A stretch of DNA of 64,000 bases from Selaginella moellendorffii. Lineage: Eukaryota > Plantae > Lycopodiophyta. Position numbers and translations under genes: made by a program. Of the stretch, positions 49,630 through 64,000 are shown piece by piece. Under the pieces are notes generated by a model. It was given only the letters and a program-made list of their open reading frames with translations, was not told where the DNA came from and made no database searches. The stretch spans positions 3,129,987 to 3,193,986 of the forward strand of contig NW_003314265.1 of assembly GCF_000143415.4 (NCBI RefSeq). The letters run 5' to 3'. Every line of letters starts with the position of its first letter. Position 1 is the stretch's first letter.

Positions 49630-52600
49630 TGTAGTGCATGTGGTTTTTACCCTTTATCCTATGGTGATTTACCATAGGATAACCACAAAGTGGAACCTAA
49701 ACCCTCCATGTGCTACATGTTATATGCCATGTGTCACATGCCACGTGTCCAAAAGACAGTGGTGTGGAACCTGAGTTTCAAAGCCTTGGGCCACTGAATG
49801 AAGGAACGATGCCAAACTCGAAAGCATGGAGCCAAGGAGCAATGGCACTGGAGTACAGAACGACTCCCGAGCATTTAGCCTAAGGAGCAAAGGGGCAAGA
49901 GCATGAAACAACTTGGAATAGTCCTAGAGTATCCAACATCCCAATGCCAGAACTAACACATAAAATAAAGACAAAAGGAGTTTGGCACTATTTCAACATA
50001 CCGGTGGCCTAATCGAGGATATAGGTACTTCACCAGCTAGCATAGTGTGGAACTTGGGCTTAGACCCAAGCCAGACGCAGAACAAAGATAGGAACGCAAA
50101 CGAGAGCTAGGCTATACCTCAGGTTGATTGGCCATGCTGATCTACCCACTATCCCTATTATACATTTAGAACCCCACCCCTTGAGGAACACATGCTTTGG
50201 ACTTTCACCCCACAGGAGTTAGTCTCTGGGGGATAAGCTTGAAACTTACTAAATATGGAATGTTCTTAGATTGCGAATTTGGACACGGAACGAACACCAT
50301 TGTGTTCAAGATAATCTCTACATTCCATAAATATGCTAAATCAGTGAATCTAGACACTTTTCATAAATAGCATTTGGGACCAGAATGAGACTAACACAAA
50401 AGGCATGATAGCGAGGGTGTTTGGTAGACACGGTAAGCTATCATCTTGCAAATATTGAGGGACTAAGCTCAATATCGCAGGGGTTCCCAACACTAGTAAG
50501 TGCAAGTCAACGAATGAGTTTCTCTAACCAGGTCAAGTATGCTTGACTAATAGCACTTAGGAATTCCGTTCTTATGCTCATCGGTTAAGTACACACGCGA
50601 AGACCAGTTTCTCAACTAGCTTAGGTGGAGATTAATAACGGGTCCAGCAATACCAACCTCATGCCATCGTGGCAGTAAAGAAAGAATATCCGAAAGGATT
50701 AGCCGATAAATAACTTTCGATACCCAAAGTCACATTCACGACACTCTCCCCCCCCTTAGGGAAGATCGATGTCTTCGTCGATGTATACTTGAGTCTAGAC
50801 CACTGGCAAGGAAACAACTCTAGAAAAAGTTTATGGTGATCACACTATGTGAGAAATGCACCAACTTAAATGAGTTAAGATAACCTCTTTGTCTAACACG
50901 GATGCACTACCAACTCAGATACTTTCCAGCTGTCGCCGACAAGGAAATGACCAACAAAGTTAGCCACCCTTGCTACTCTGGGTGTCACCCAGCTTACAAA
51001 AGTGTGATACACCTTATTCGGAAGGACATAGAGAGAGAAGCTAGAGGCCCTAGCCCTCTTGAGCAAAGAAACCAAACCCGTCAGTAAAGTTTAGATAGAT
51101 TACTGTAAACAGGTAGTTAGAGTTGTTTATATAGTCACACTTTTTTAACGAAATAAGGAGAGAGGCGGGTGATGTGACCAGTTGACAGTAGCTACCCTAT
51201 GATTAGAGATTTCACCATGCATATGAAGTGCCGAAGCCAATTTGCATATACTAGCCCAAACTCAAAGATCAATAGATGGACAATATCAAAGTCATTAGAC
51301 AATAATATCTTAGAGTCGGAATTATTAGTGAATAAATCTTAGATTAGAACACAAAAGTATTCCAAGTATGTTATCATCCGATAAACTAGTAATAGAGCAT
51401 AGAAACCACCAAGATCACTATCATTGGAAAACATAGAATTCACCATCCAACAAAATTCAATAGCAAGTGTATCATCAAAAAAACTCAATGAGAAAACTTA
51501 ACTATCGAAAATTGTAGACAGTATGCCAAACAACTTACCAAAGATAACTCAAAGAACACAAAGTATCATTAACTGTCAAACACAATACTCGCGAATATAT
51601 CACCCGAAAGAAATAATATCCTAATCTATCAAAACTAACTTGAGCAACAATCAATAGAGCAGAATGAATGTGGTAAGACCAACAAACACTTAGTCATGCC
51701 AACCACCATATTAGTCAATCTGAATAGATCCCAGTCAACAATACGAAGGAACCAGAGTTGTCTAATCAAATGCCAGCAACATCTTATTTGATGTCTCAAA
51801 CCCAATAGAGACTAATCCAGAGCAAACCATAAAGAATATATGGTATTGCAAAAAACCATAAACTATCAAAGAGAATAACTAACCATCATGAAAGATTATC
51901 AATCATCCCATCAAAAGAGATATATAGAATCATCGTCAAAGAAGAAATCCACCATCCTGAAGAACAGCGAATCATTCTGTAACAACAATAATCAAGCAAA
52001 ATCTTTTGACAAGGATAATCAACTATCCTAGATGATAGTCAATCATCACTAATGATTGATAGATGCAAAAGCTACTTCAACATCGAAACTAATGAGTCAA
52101 AATGCCTTCCCCAACAACTTTTAACAAATGGAACAATGAGCATAAAAACTCAAGGAACCAAAAGCTCAAAGAAACTTATAACCAAGTTTTGCTTAATAAT
52201 GATCACGAGTTTTGCATGAACCAACTTCAATGTTAAAAAAGAAATCATGGTATAACCCACAACATTCTCCTCAACACATCCATAAGCTAAACTTCATAAT
52301 GCAAAGCTAATGAAAAACATATTTACATCAATCCAAAAGCCAAACACAATGGAGCTATGCTCAACAAGTGATCACTAAACAATCCTCCATGAATCCATTT
52401 ATAGCAAGATGTAAGTCACTTCATAACAAACATAAGAAGAATCATCAATGATTGATATATTCCAACTCAAATCCAATAAGGATTCAAACATTCCAATATC
52501 AATCACTAACTCTTCCTCTCGTAGAGTTAGTGTCATCCACAATTAAATTACTTTTCAAGGAAAAGCTCAAAGCTCAACCCTTACTAACTAGCAATTGTAC

Positions 52601-55600
52601 AAATGCTAATAACATAAAGTTACAACCAAATCATCAATACTATCTTCATCAAGACTAATGAAACTCAATATCAATCCTAAGGAGAGACATCTCATTTCAC
52701 TTGAATCTCATCATCAATATTATCAATGACAAGGCATTACTTCAATGCCATCAACACCAAAACAAAACTAGAAGAAAGCTAGAGTGAATCACCACTCAAA
52801 ACTCTCTTGCAACCAAGCTAACCAAAGTCGAAGATACTATACTTAGTATCTGAGACCAATCCTTCAGCAAAACTCAGTTACAGATAATACTTCATTAAGG
52901 AGTGATTCACCACATCCAAAACTTAATGAAATCTAACACTATGAACTAAATACAACCAAATGATATCAACAAAGGTAAAATCGAAATGCCAACATGGAAA
53001 ACTCATGTAAGTCTAATGACACGATCCTCCACAACACCATTCGGTAAAACAAACCCATCACTGCTAAATCATCATCGAATGAAGTAAATGTCAAACAGTC
53101 ATTGACGAAGTTTATAAGCAATCATTAGTTGTCAAGCAACTAACAATCACTCTTTCAACTTGTCTTCACAAGACCCAAACACTAAACTCATGTCATCAAG
53201 TCATATACTTGTCCAACATGAATGTAATACCCCAGGTATGAGATAAAGTGTCCATGAACAAGCATAAACTAAATGACAACTCGAATCCAACTCAATTGCA
53301 ATAAACTCACAAACATATTTAGCCAATAGCTCTGAGCAAGCCTTGAAGAGGCTAATTATGCATGATCAACACTCAGTTGAAACTAAAGTAATGACCATGA
53401 GATGGACTCATATCGGTACACAACTTCTTTATAAACAAGGCTATAATATAAGTACCAACACCTCAACCACAAAAAACTAAGTTGGACATCACTATCCTCA
53501 GCCAAGGCGCAAAACTACCAAGACTAAATTTATGTTTGGTGGCAGATTCCACCTTGCATTTCGTTAAACTCTATGAGAGTAATGAACTCTCACTAATCTT
53601 GCACTATAGAAGAAAGGCACAAAGGTCACCTTTCTTAGAAAAGTGTAACAGTTACTTTTTTACACCAACTCCAAACTCTATCCAACTCAATTGTTTTAGC
53701 CCCAAAAGTTAACATCCCTTTTAGGCTGCATCATACAAATTACCTACCAAGATCTAAGTTAACCAAAGTCAACTCTAACCCTTTCACTAGTTTGTATTGA
53801 CTTGCAAAAATGGAATGATTTTCGAGCAAAGTGATCAATAAATCAGCCATTGGAAAAGCCTAAGAAAATTTGTGGAAAATTTTCCATCCTAGAGAAAGAA
53901 TGACTCTTAGTTCAGGAATGCAAACTTTCAAGACTCCACTAACTTCCTCCTACCTACAATTTCACATAGGTTCACCTCAACACAAATTCTCATGACCCAC
54001 AATATGTTTAAGCATCAAACATCTTGCCCATATTTATGATATCTAACACCGACATCCATATCTTTGGATATCCATATTGCACTAACACTCTTCTTCAACC
54101 ACCTTCAAGATCCAATATGAAGCCAAAATACTAATAAAAAAAATGACATAGAAAAATCAAGATTTAAGGAAAATTCTTCATCACTCGAAATAACAATGCC
54201 ACTTCCACTAACACAAGTGCTAGTAATGCCAATGCCTCAACTACACACTTTCTCTATCCAATAATTTACTCTAAGTGTTAATAGATCAACTGACAAGTTA
54301 TAGCAAATGAATGCTATAACCCTTTCCAACACCTCAATGGGCAAACTCAAGGAACTAAGGAACCAACTTAAGCTTAGCATAATGGACCACCATCGAGAAT
54401 TTAGTCAAAGCTACTACAATGCTACTATGTGTAAGTAGATTAGCTTCACTATCAACCACTTTGGGGTTGATCATCGTTTAACCAAGCAAGTTCGTAAACA
54501 TATTGCTCATTATCACATGGATGTGATATAAAAATCACAATGTCTTGATTATTAATCAAGCAACACCACAATCAATGCCAATGTCATTACTTCAAAGGTT
54601 TATGTGAATATCAAGTGCCAACTCGATTCGATAAAATGCAATATAAATACCACACTCCACCGATAGAGACTTACAACACCCAATACCACCAACTTTTGTT
54701 TACAATACGGACAAGCTCATGCCACTCTCTATCCGACCTAAACTCAAAACTAATCCAACACCAAACTACTCAAGGAGTAATAGCAAAGTTTTTTGAAAAA
54801 GAATTGAGCATTGTAAACCAATTCTTCCAATAGCAAGCCTAGACAAAATGGTTTAGCACTTCACCACTATCTATCCCATGACTCACCACTTGTAAGACTA
54901 TCATTTTCAACATGCATCAAGGTAGGGACTCTTGATTGCATAATGTGAACACAAACAATGAGTCACACCTCGTTGCAAATCATATCTCCAAGAAAAGAAA
55001 ATGATTTACATGTTTGATCCTTTGTCCGTAATGACTCTTTTTTCGGTCTCATCTTTGACCAAACCTCAAGCTTGCGTTTGCACTGCCTTCAATCCAATCC
55101 AAGAAAAGTTTATGAGAGAGCACGGCAATGATTATTTGAATCAATAGACTCATCTCTATAGTTTTGATTGATCCACTTGTAATCATGCCTAGAAAGGATC
55201 CACTAATGCTGTGCTAAACAGCTACAGACTAACCTATTTGCCATTTATAGCAAACCCAAAGGAGGTTTACTTTCACTCACTGTACATGGAACAACTCATA
55301 AAACCACTAATAGACTAACATTAATCCTGCCAACTCAAAGTGTAGCCTCGAGTTGCTAATATGCCTCATTCACGAGCCCAAGTGTAAACTTGTGCAAATG
55401 GAATAGCTTATTCCATCTTATGAGCCCAAGAGCAAGCTCACATAATTACGGTACAAAAAGATAACCATACCCAAGGAACAAATGTGAATCCTTTACACCC
55501 AAACATATACCCACTCGGATCATCGTTTTCATTTTTGCGTATGCAATGAGATTAGTTGCCTAATCTCATTGGATAGTACTTGCTGAGATATATCCTCTAA

Positions 55601-56732
55601 TACCAAATGTAGCACACGTGGTTTTTACCCTTTATCCTATGGTGATTTACCATAGGATAACCACAAAGCGGAACCTAAACCCTTCATGTGCCACATGTCA
55701 TATGCCATATGTCACATGTCACGTGTCTAAAGGACAATGGTGTGGAACCCAAGTTTCAGGGCCTTGGGCCACTAAATGAAGGAATAGTGCCAAACTCGAA
55801 AGCATGGAGCTAAGGAGCGATGGCACTAGAGCATGGAACGACTCCCGAGCATTTAGCCCAAAGAGCGAAGGGACAAAAGCACGGAGCAACTTGGAATAGT
55901 CCTAAAATATCCAGCATCCTAATGCCAAGACCAACATGCAAAACGGAGCCAAAAGGATTCTGGCATTATTTCAGCATACCGGTGGTATAATTGAGGACAT
56001 GGGTACTCCACCAGCTAGCATGGTGTGGAACTTGGGCTTAGACTTAAGCCGGACACAAAACAAGGACAGGCACGCAAGTAGAAGCTAGACTATGCCTCAG
56101 GTTGATCGGCTATGCTTGACCTACCCACTATCCCTACTATACATTTGGAACCCCCCATAGCCCACCCCTCTTGAGGAACACACGCTCTGGGCTTTCACCC
56201 CAAGCCTCCCTTAGTATCAGGAGTTAGTCTCTGGGACAAGCTCGAAACTTACTAAATATGGAATGTTTCTAGATTGCGAATTTAGACATGGAACAAACAC
56301 CATTGTGTTCAAAACAATCTTTACATTCCGTAAATATGCTAAATGAGCGAATCTAGACACTTTCCGACCGGAATGAAACTAACACAAAGGGCATGATGGC
56401 AAGGGTGTTTGGCAGACACGGTAAGCTATCATCTTGCAAATATTGAGGGACCAAGCTCAATATCGCAGGGGTTCCCAACACTAATAAGTGCAAGTCAATG
56501 AATGAGTTTCTCTAACCAGATCAAGTATGTTTGACTAATAGCACTTAGGAATTCCGTCCTTATGCTCATCTAGTTAAGTGCACACGCGAAGACCAGTTTC
56601 TCAACTAGCTTAAGCAGAGACTAATAATGGGTCCAACAATATCAACCTCCTACCATCGTGGCAGTAAGGAAAAACTATCTGAAAGGACTAACCGACAAGT
56701 AACTTTCGATACCCAAAGTCACATTCGCGACA
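49630..56732 (-). mobile_element. full-length decayed LTR retrotransposon (copia-like), 7.1 kb, TSD GGTGT
   Basis: LTRs 49630-50743 and 55608-56732 (TG...CA). PBS TGGTATTAGAGG next to 55608 and PPT at 50744-50757. GGTGT at 49625-49629 and 56733-56737. Internal CPYCKQK zinc-knuckle remnant; no intact ORF. The superfamily assignment is tentative. Confidence 0.9.
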
Positions 56733-56779
56733 GGTGTAGAGTTCTATTGGTGCTTCACCATATAAACTCCTATATTGTC

Positions 56780-57870
56780 GTGATTTAATATTACCAACAA
56801 AATTACGTTTACATTTGTGATTGCCACAAACTACCGATGCTAGGTTTTGTGTTTAATATTTAATAAGCATTCTTCCACTAATCCAAGTAGAGTCTGTCAC
56901 TTGGGCTATATACAAGTGGGACAACAATGGTATTATAACTCCCATTGTTGTCCACCTATAGAGTACAAAATGGATGATTTGATATTAGTTTCTTTCCCCA
57001 ATTTTATAGTACATGATTTATCTAAAAGGCTCCTTGCTTAGTAGAAGGGATGGTATTGGGTGTTGTGGTAAGTTGGACCACAAGTTTATGAGGTTTAGCA
57101 TGACGACCAATATGCCAATCCTCCAAAAATTATGCATGTGTAACAGCTAAAATATTTTGTATAAAGGGATTAAAAACAATTAACACCACCTACAAATCCA
57201 CTGGAGAATGCTCCAATCCTCATGAGTAGTTGCACTCAAACCATTCTACTATTGTAGTGCTGTCCCTTGGAGATATGTGGGAAACTCACGCAAACGCCAA
57301 ACATCATCCCAAAAATGGTGTGTGACAATCATCGTAAAATGATCAAACCAATGATATACATTATCTCTAGGACTCCTATAGAAAAACTCCAAGCAAATGC
57401 AAGGATTAGCAGCAAGAGTAGGATGAGCTATACCATATGTTATGAATGTTGCCATTAACTGAGTTTGATTGTTCAATTATAATTGCATAGCATCAAGCAA
57501 CTGCACCAACTGCTGCTCCAAAATTAAAGGAGGAGAAGGCTATTGCTCCATCATTAAGATGAATGAAAAAGAAATAGGAAAAGAAAAGAAATTGAAAAAA
57601 GTTATAAGAAAAGGAGGATTTAGACAATGTAAAAGCTAAATCTAAACTAAAATCCCAAATCCAAACACTCCTTAGGGACAATCAAAGCTACCTCTCATCT
57701 CCACTAATATAAGTGCATTGAATATGGAAATGGAATACAAAAATGTGCATATTAATTAACCCAAAAACCATACCTTATATATAGAAGCGAGTGGTTTCAA
57801 TTGAAACTAATTTGATGGCTATAAAAATCCCACTATGCTAATATAAGTATACGGCATTGTAGCTATTGGA
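56780..57870 (-). mobile_element. gypsy-like gag remnant with LTR end and tRNA-Ala-like PBS
   Basis: DNVYHWFDHF...WDD...LREFPTYLQGTALQ gag-like peptide. PBS-like TAGTGGAGATGAGAGG at 57691-57706. Homologous to 19740-20260. Confidence 0.55.
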
Positions 57871-60693
57871 TCTCATATATTTTAATTATTAATATTTTTA
57901 ATAATAATAATTTGTATCTATATTTCCACTTATTGATTTTTTAATTTGAATTATCCTTATATATTTAAAAGAGCAAGGTTTTTATATTTCAATCTAGATT
58001 TGAATCTATAAAATAATTATTAGGATTACAATATGTGGAAAAAATGGTTATATTAGCTTTAAATATTTTTTCATTAGCCACATAAAGATTTATTTTTTCC
58101 TCTATGCTCAATTCTTCTTAATCCAATTTTTTTGTTGGATTCTAATATATATTACTTTGATGTGTTATCAATTGTCAATTTTTGCTTTTTGCTGTTTATT
58201 TTCTCATGTATATATGTGTTACCCTGCTTAGGTAATATGCTCATTATAGTACTATAACATAAAGATCATCCATTCTTTTTAATCTTCTTCCTGATCAATT
58301 TTCATGAATTGGGTGAAACAGTTATGACTGATTATAGGATTAAACTTATACAACCATTATGGTGGAGATCATATGTAAAGCTAAGCTTATGGTAGAAATG
58401 TGGAGCAATAATTTATAAAGCTTATAGATCAAAAAATAAATTCAAGTTTTAAAATGTTTTATAAATTCAATAGAATAAAGTTGAATAAGGTAGTGCTTTA
58501 TTAATGTAGGATTCCTATATTAACTCTAGCAGCAGCTTATTTTTGTTTCAAGAGAGGAGACTTTATAAACAAGTTATTCAAAGCACATTTGAGGGTTAAA
58601 ATATGATAATATGTATTATGAAACAAAATATAACAAAACAATTACCCCCTCCATAATCACTCCTTTACAATATTCAAATTCTAGAAGAATAAATTTATGA
58701 GGAATAAAATAAATTTTAAAAAACATTTATAGAACCCAAAAAGCTGTTAAAATATGTTGTACAGCACAATACCTCTTTTGGCAGAAATGTCAAAACTTTT
58801 AACCATTTTAAAGAGTTCTGCAACTATATGAAGACATGGCATTCATTTAAACATGTATAATAGTTGCATGAGTTTAAAATACACAAGGACACAACTAAAA
58901 CTACAGAAAGTAAGGAAATTGACTATGAAGAAATTGACCTCATAAAACATTATAGTTTGCCAACAGACTAGTTTAAATCCAATAGCATATTTCCTTTCTC
59001 ATTATCTTTTATAGTGACAACAGTAGCTAATGGGAACCTCTATTGCTCATTAATATCATTATTATATAAAAAGTGTTAGAACTTCTTAGAATCTAAAATT
59101 ATATGTACTAAATGGCTTGAGGAATAGAGCAACATAAAAAGTCACTTTTTTTGCACATTTAGCCATAGCTCTAATGTTTGTGTAATAAAAACTTTTTCTT
59201 CTCTAGAAAAAGAAAGGGAATTATACTAATTTCTTACTTTCTGTGATTTATATGCAATCTCCTTAAAGTAGAGCTTATGATAGAAATTATGGATCTTATT
59301 TCCTTTGAAGCATCCCATCTATCCCTCATAGCTTGCCTCTCCAAATTTTATGGCATTTATCTCATCTATTGCATTAGATAATAGAAGGATCCCTTAGCTT
59401 TTATAGACATCTTATACATTCTTATTTTACAATATTTAATGAGCATGCATACTTGAGGAGGCATATGAGGCACTGGAAATAATGCAATAAAAAGGTTGTT
59501 TTGCTATTTTTTTGTTGCTAAATAAATTAACTAGAGTTCTTAAATAGCTATTGAAGATATTTTTTATGTACTAAAAAGGTGTAAGCAACTAAAAAGAACA
59601 AGTAGAGACAATCCATAAAAGTTCAAATATAAAGGGAAAAGGCTCATGAACAAAATGCATTTTATTCCAATTAGTTAAGGGTCTTAGGATATTTGGGATT
59701 AAACATCTTTAGGGGACTATACCACATGTTAAGATTAATATCTAATAGTTTAATTTAGTTTAGTTGGCTACATCTGAAGGGTAGGATGTCAAGTGAGTGA
59801 GTCAAAATTCAAGACTTACAAAAGAGTAATAAGTAAACATTCTCATCTAGTTGCACTAGCCTTCATAAGTATAGGAGCCAAAATTATTATCCCAAACTAA
59901 ATCACTTCATAACCTTCTCAAAAACTCTTGTCTAAGTAGAATAATATATCAGGCAACTAAAGCCTTAGAGAACCAACTAACTTCTTTCACATTTTAAAGC
60001 CTTGTCCATCAATCAGTCTTTAGTGAAAAAGCTCGTGGAAAACATCAAGCCTATGCATGTAAAAGCAAAGGTTGCACCACTTCTTTTGAGAGGTAGCATC
60101 TCCAACATTTCATTCTTCATGTCGACTAATGCTAGATTGAGATATAGCTGTGGAAAATTTTGAAATATCCAACTAAGTTGCACATGTACCTTTAGATGAA
60201 TAGAGAAACAATCCTCCTTTACTTTCTCAGGCTTCAACTTTGAATGTTGTTAAAAGATATTATTACCACTGTAGAATACTGAAGTTAGCAATGATTTGTC
60301 TACTTCTACCCTTCTACATAATGCTTAGAAACATTAAGTGCAGGCACAATGAAGTGCTCTAGGTGGAGATAAAGGCAGAATTAATGTGTGGCCTTTTGTC
60401 TTAAACTTTTTCCATTGTGAGAAAAAAAAACTATTACTAGGTTACTTCCAATGGAAAGTAGTTATAACCATTACTCTTTTGCTAAGAGAACATTTAGGTC
60501 ATAATTTATTAACATTATCTTAATCTAAATTCAAGCCTCTCTTGTGTTTTATACAGTCATATTGATGTATTGAAATTCTTAATAATTTTAAATTAAAGTT
60601 TATCAAAGTTGATGGTTTCTATTTAACATGGAATTAGACAATGATAGCAAATGGAATCTTGAGATTTTACAAGTCATTTGAATGCTAGCAAAT

Positions 60694-60793
60694 NNNNNNN
60701 NNNNNNNNNNNNNNNNNNNNNNNNNNNNNNNNNNNNNNNNNNNNNNNNNNNNNNNNNNNNNNNNNNNNNNNNNNNNNNNNNNNNNNNNNNNNN
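60694..60793. other. assembly gap (100 N)
   Basis: Run of N. Confidence 1.
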
Positions 60794-61263
60794 TGAACAA
60801 GCATTTGGAGTAAAATAATAGGGTCCACAAGTGAACTTCTTATTTCCATTATTGGTGCATGTGCTTAAGGATTGGCCACTTGATCCACCATTTATGTCTG
60901 TTAAGAAAGAACACCCCTGGGGTGCTCTACTCGTATCCACACTCACTCGACAACTCCCAATATCTGTTCCAGTCTTCACTAATTGAAATATATTAAAGTA
61001 TCCTCTACTATTTGTAAATGATGAATCACTGTCTCCTGGACAAACTAGGTTTACTTTGGCATCTGAAAGATATAACAAGATTAGAAAAATACAGAAGATA
61101 GATAATTTTTCTTACTGAAGATGCCATTCTGAGAGAGTGAACCACAGTTAGTACAATAAACATAGCCATCCACTTTGATACTTGTAGTGGCAGCACAAAA
61201 ATTCTCATTTTTCAGAATGACTGCAAGTAATAAAATTAAATAGAGAAATGTTTTGTTTTCCAT
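60794..61263 (-). CDS. second Pollen Ole e 1 / extensin-like gene, 3' end lost in the gap
   Basis: Near-identical to 29383-29851 (MENKTFLYLILLLAVIL...CGPYYFTPNACS). Confidence 0.8.
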
Positions 61264-62639
61264 ACTTACATGGTAATATGAGGTAAAAGAACTCCCTTTT
61301 ATAATCTACACTGCATTAAGTCAAACATCTAAGGTACAACTAATAAGTTGCTAGACTTTTTTCAAACCCAAATATTCTGATTTATGTGATCTCATGTCTT
61401 CTGCTTTTTCTATACTAATGATCTTAAAATTATAAATAATAATAATAATAATAGTACTCACCAAATCTCAGTATATTTGTATCTAATATTGGTTCAAATA
61501 AATTAGCACAACTATTGGATTAAAATGGTAGTTAACACCTAGATTAAAAAAGAATATTCTCAAAATTGAGTGCATGACTGAGCTACATGGTGTCACACCA
61601 TGCTTTGAGTTTAGGAAAGCACACCTTGTTCCTTAATACAGATCAGGCTTTACTGCATATAAGTTATCTAGATGCCCATATGCTGCATGGGCATTTGGAT
61701 AGGTGGTACATGAGTTAACATCAAGCATCCCACCTAGATCTCTATGATGTTACTGTTTGGTGTTGGACCCAATTTTCCCAAGGTAAAAGTCTTTTGTGCA
61801 ATCTATGTGTCAGCTGTAAATCTCTTTTTAACATTTAACCTTTATACTTTGAAAAAGAATATTCTTAGAATAACATTTATTTTTGTTGGTTTTCAAGGTC
61901 ATCAGGGTCAAAGGAAATAATATATTAAAGAAGATCACTCACCTTGGTGCAACAAGGCTGCTAAGCAATGGTTTCTTCATCTTCCATCACCCACACTTTT
62001 TGTAATGCTCAAGAAAGTAGGTGCCTGTAGCAGCCAGATCACTATTGTGTCCTTGGATGCTTTTTGTGGAAATAGTGTGGATTTCCACACCAAAAATGAT
62101 GTAATTGTTCAAGGTTGGTCAACACCTCTTAGTCTAGTTATTTTCAACAGCTAGATCATATTCTTTTTAGAAGTCTATAAACACGTCTTAAAAAAACACC
62201 TATATTTTATCTTATTCCATTTACTTTGTTCTATTTGAGATGTGAATGAAATACCACCAAAATAAATGCTCACTTCTCACTATAGTCCCTTTATAAATTG
62301 CAATGGTGAATTAAAATGATTTCACTTGGTATAAATTATACCATCATAATCTTCCAATTTCACTTAATAATATTAAATAAGAAAACTAAAGATCATTCTC
62401 ACCAGCGTCTGGAAATGGTGGCGCTGGCACCTCCACTTTGCCCTCCAGGATCTGCACCATGTGGCTCATTGCTGACCTGGATCCTGGATCCTGGTGGATG
62501 CACCACAGTGCAATCTTGAGCGCTGTTTGCCGGGTTTGGATCGGGAATGCTCTCCAGCTCTGAGGTCATGTACTTGTGGAAGGCATAGATTGGGAAATAC
62601 CATTCGCCAGGTGGCAGCAGTGGTGCATTCTCGGATTCC

Positions 62640-63150
62640 TTGTCTCCACCACCCAGCTCCCTTGCCACTCAAGATATCCAGCAGGAGCATCCAAAGCTAT
62701 AGACATCGGCCTTGGGGGTGATGGATTGGCTCTCGAGCCACTCTGGAGTGAGGTACCCCTGGTTCCTTGCATGGTGGTGATGCTCATCAATTCTTTTCTC
62801 ATCATCCTCACCAGCTTAAAGTCGGACACCTTTGGCCGGAGCTCTCGTCCAGCAGCACGTTTTGTGGCTTGATATCGCAGTAGACAATGCGCTCACCACA
62901 CTTTTTGTGGAGCACGATGGAGTGTTGTGTCTCCCACGTTGAGAAGATTTCTTGTGAGGCAATGAATGAGGACAAGGCTGAGAGGTGGTGATCGAGAGAA
63001 CTGTTTGGCAAAAACTCATAGACAAGGAGGTTGGTGGTCTCCCTCTGCACAGTAGCCAAGGAGGCAAACCAAGTTGATATTGTGTACTCTTCCAATTGTG
63101 CTCACCTCGGCCTTGAATTGCTTCTCGGTGAGCTTGGGTAGGTTTTGAGC
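62640..63150 (-). pseudogene. receptor-like kinase (S-domain type) kinase-domain pseudogene fragment
   Basis: LLVYEFLPNSSLD, LHKKCGERIVYCDIKPQNVLLD, VSDFKL and TTMQGTRG, with frameshifts and deletions. Confidence 0.8.
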
Positions 63151-64000
63151 TCATGAGTTCACAAGTTGAGCTCTCAACTTCTCAAACACAAGAAAAACAT
63201 TGGTTTATCTTGACTAACATGTTTTCATCTTTCAAATTTTGATTTAATCTATATTTCCAAGTAAATTCGACCAATAAAATACAAATATAAATATAGATCC
63301 GAACACTAAAAACAATCTAAAAACACTTCTCAATTTCCACAATTGTAAGGCTTGTCTGGTGGATGTGATGGTTAATCTTAGGATCTTGGTTTAGTTCCTA
63401 CATAAAAATCTAATAAATATATTTGCAAGCTAAATATGCCTTTCCCCTATTCTCCCTTTGTATAAAATCTAGATAGGTACAAGATGGATTTTCATAGATT
63501 CTGAAAGTGTAGCTCGTACTCTTTCATATCTCAATCACAACAACAAACTCTTTAGCCACAACATTGATATAGTTTGTCTTTGTGATTATGCACTTCAACT
63601 CCTTTGCTAGCTTGATCTTCCCTTGCACACATTTTGAAATTGAAGACTTATATTATATAGCTTCCCATTTCTAATTGGTCGTGTATGCTAGTCTAGTGTT
63701 TACATTGGTGGTATAGCAATATCAACAATAACATTTAAGGAACTCTTCAGCTTGAAACTTACTCTATCTAGACTTTCAATCTCTTCTTTCAAAATATTGT
63801 AGCTTTGCTTAACTGGCCACTCCTCTAGCACAGAATTTACTTCAAAATAATTGAGCTATGAATCTAGCTTGTATGAGTAACATCAATGTCACAACAGTAA
63901 ATCCAACTTGACTGGCGGCCCTTTACCCCTAGATCTTGACAGCCCCGAAGTGTGAGATACAAATCTTTGAACCCCAAAGTAGAGCCGAAAAAGTGCCCTA

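Noticed and set aside
57900-60690. AT-rich stretch with a short ORF at 60013-60237
   Set aside because: Possibly decayed TE sequence, but no motif or terminus could be supported.

Overview
Eukaryotic plant nuclear DNA, most likely the lycophyte Selaginella (moellendorffii-like). This is inferred from very short ~50-60 bp introns, many PLS-type PPR genes, a plastid-targeted murB and extreme gene compaction. The window alternates between GC-rich gene islands (1-13.8 kb, 32-48 kb) and AT-rich, decayed LTR-retrotransposon blocks (19.6-26.7 kb, 48.9-60.7 kb). Recognisable genes: NOC1/MAK21, murB, SUN, RMA-type RING E3, two PPRs, a subtilase, two Ole e 1/extensin copies, DUF4864, TMEM256, tRNA-Tyr, MCM8, SYP2 syntaxin, two At4g08330-family genes and PEX22. 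Pseudogenes of PPR, rhomboid, syntaxin and a receptor kinase are also present. The most striking observations are: (1) a tRNA-Arg(TCT) gene split in its T-loop/B-box by a 1009-bp insert with a 16-bp target duplication; (2) a ~270-bp TRIM whose LTRs carry a tRNA-like Pol III unit, inserted in a PPR gene; (3) an intronless orphan ORF with a PD-(D/E)xK/QxxxY nuclease-like motif; (4) a 7.1-kb LTR element with a GGTGT TSD nested in a gypsy integrase. All calls are by eye, without database searches.
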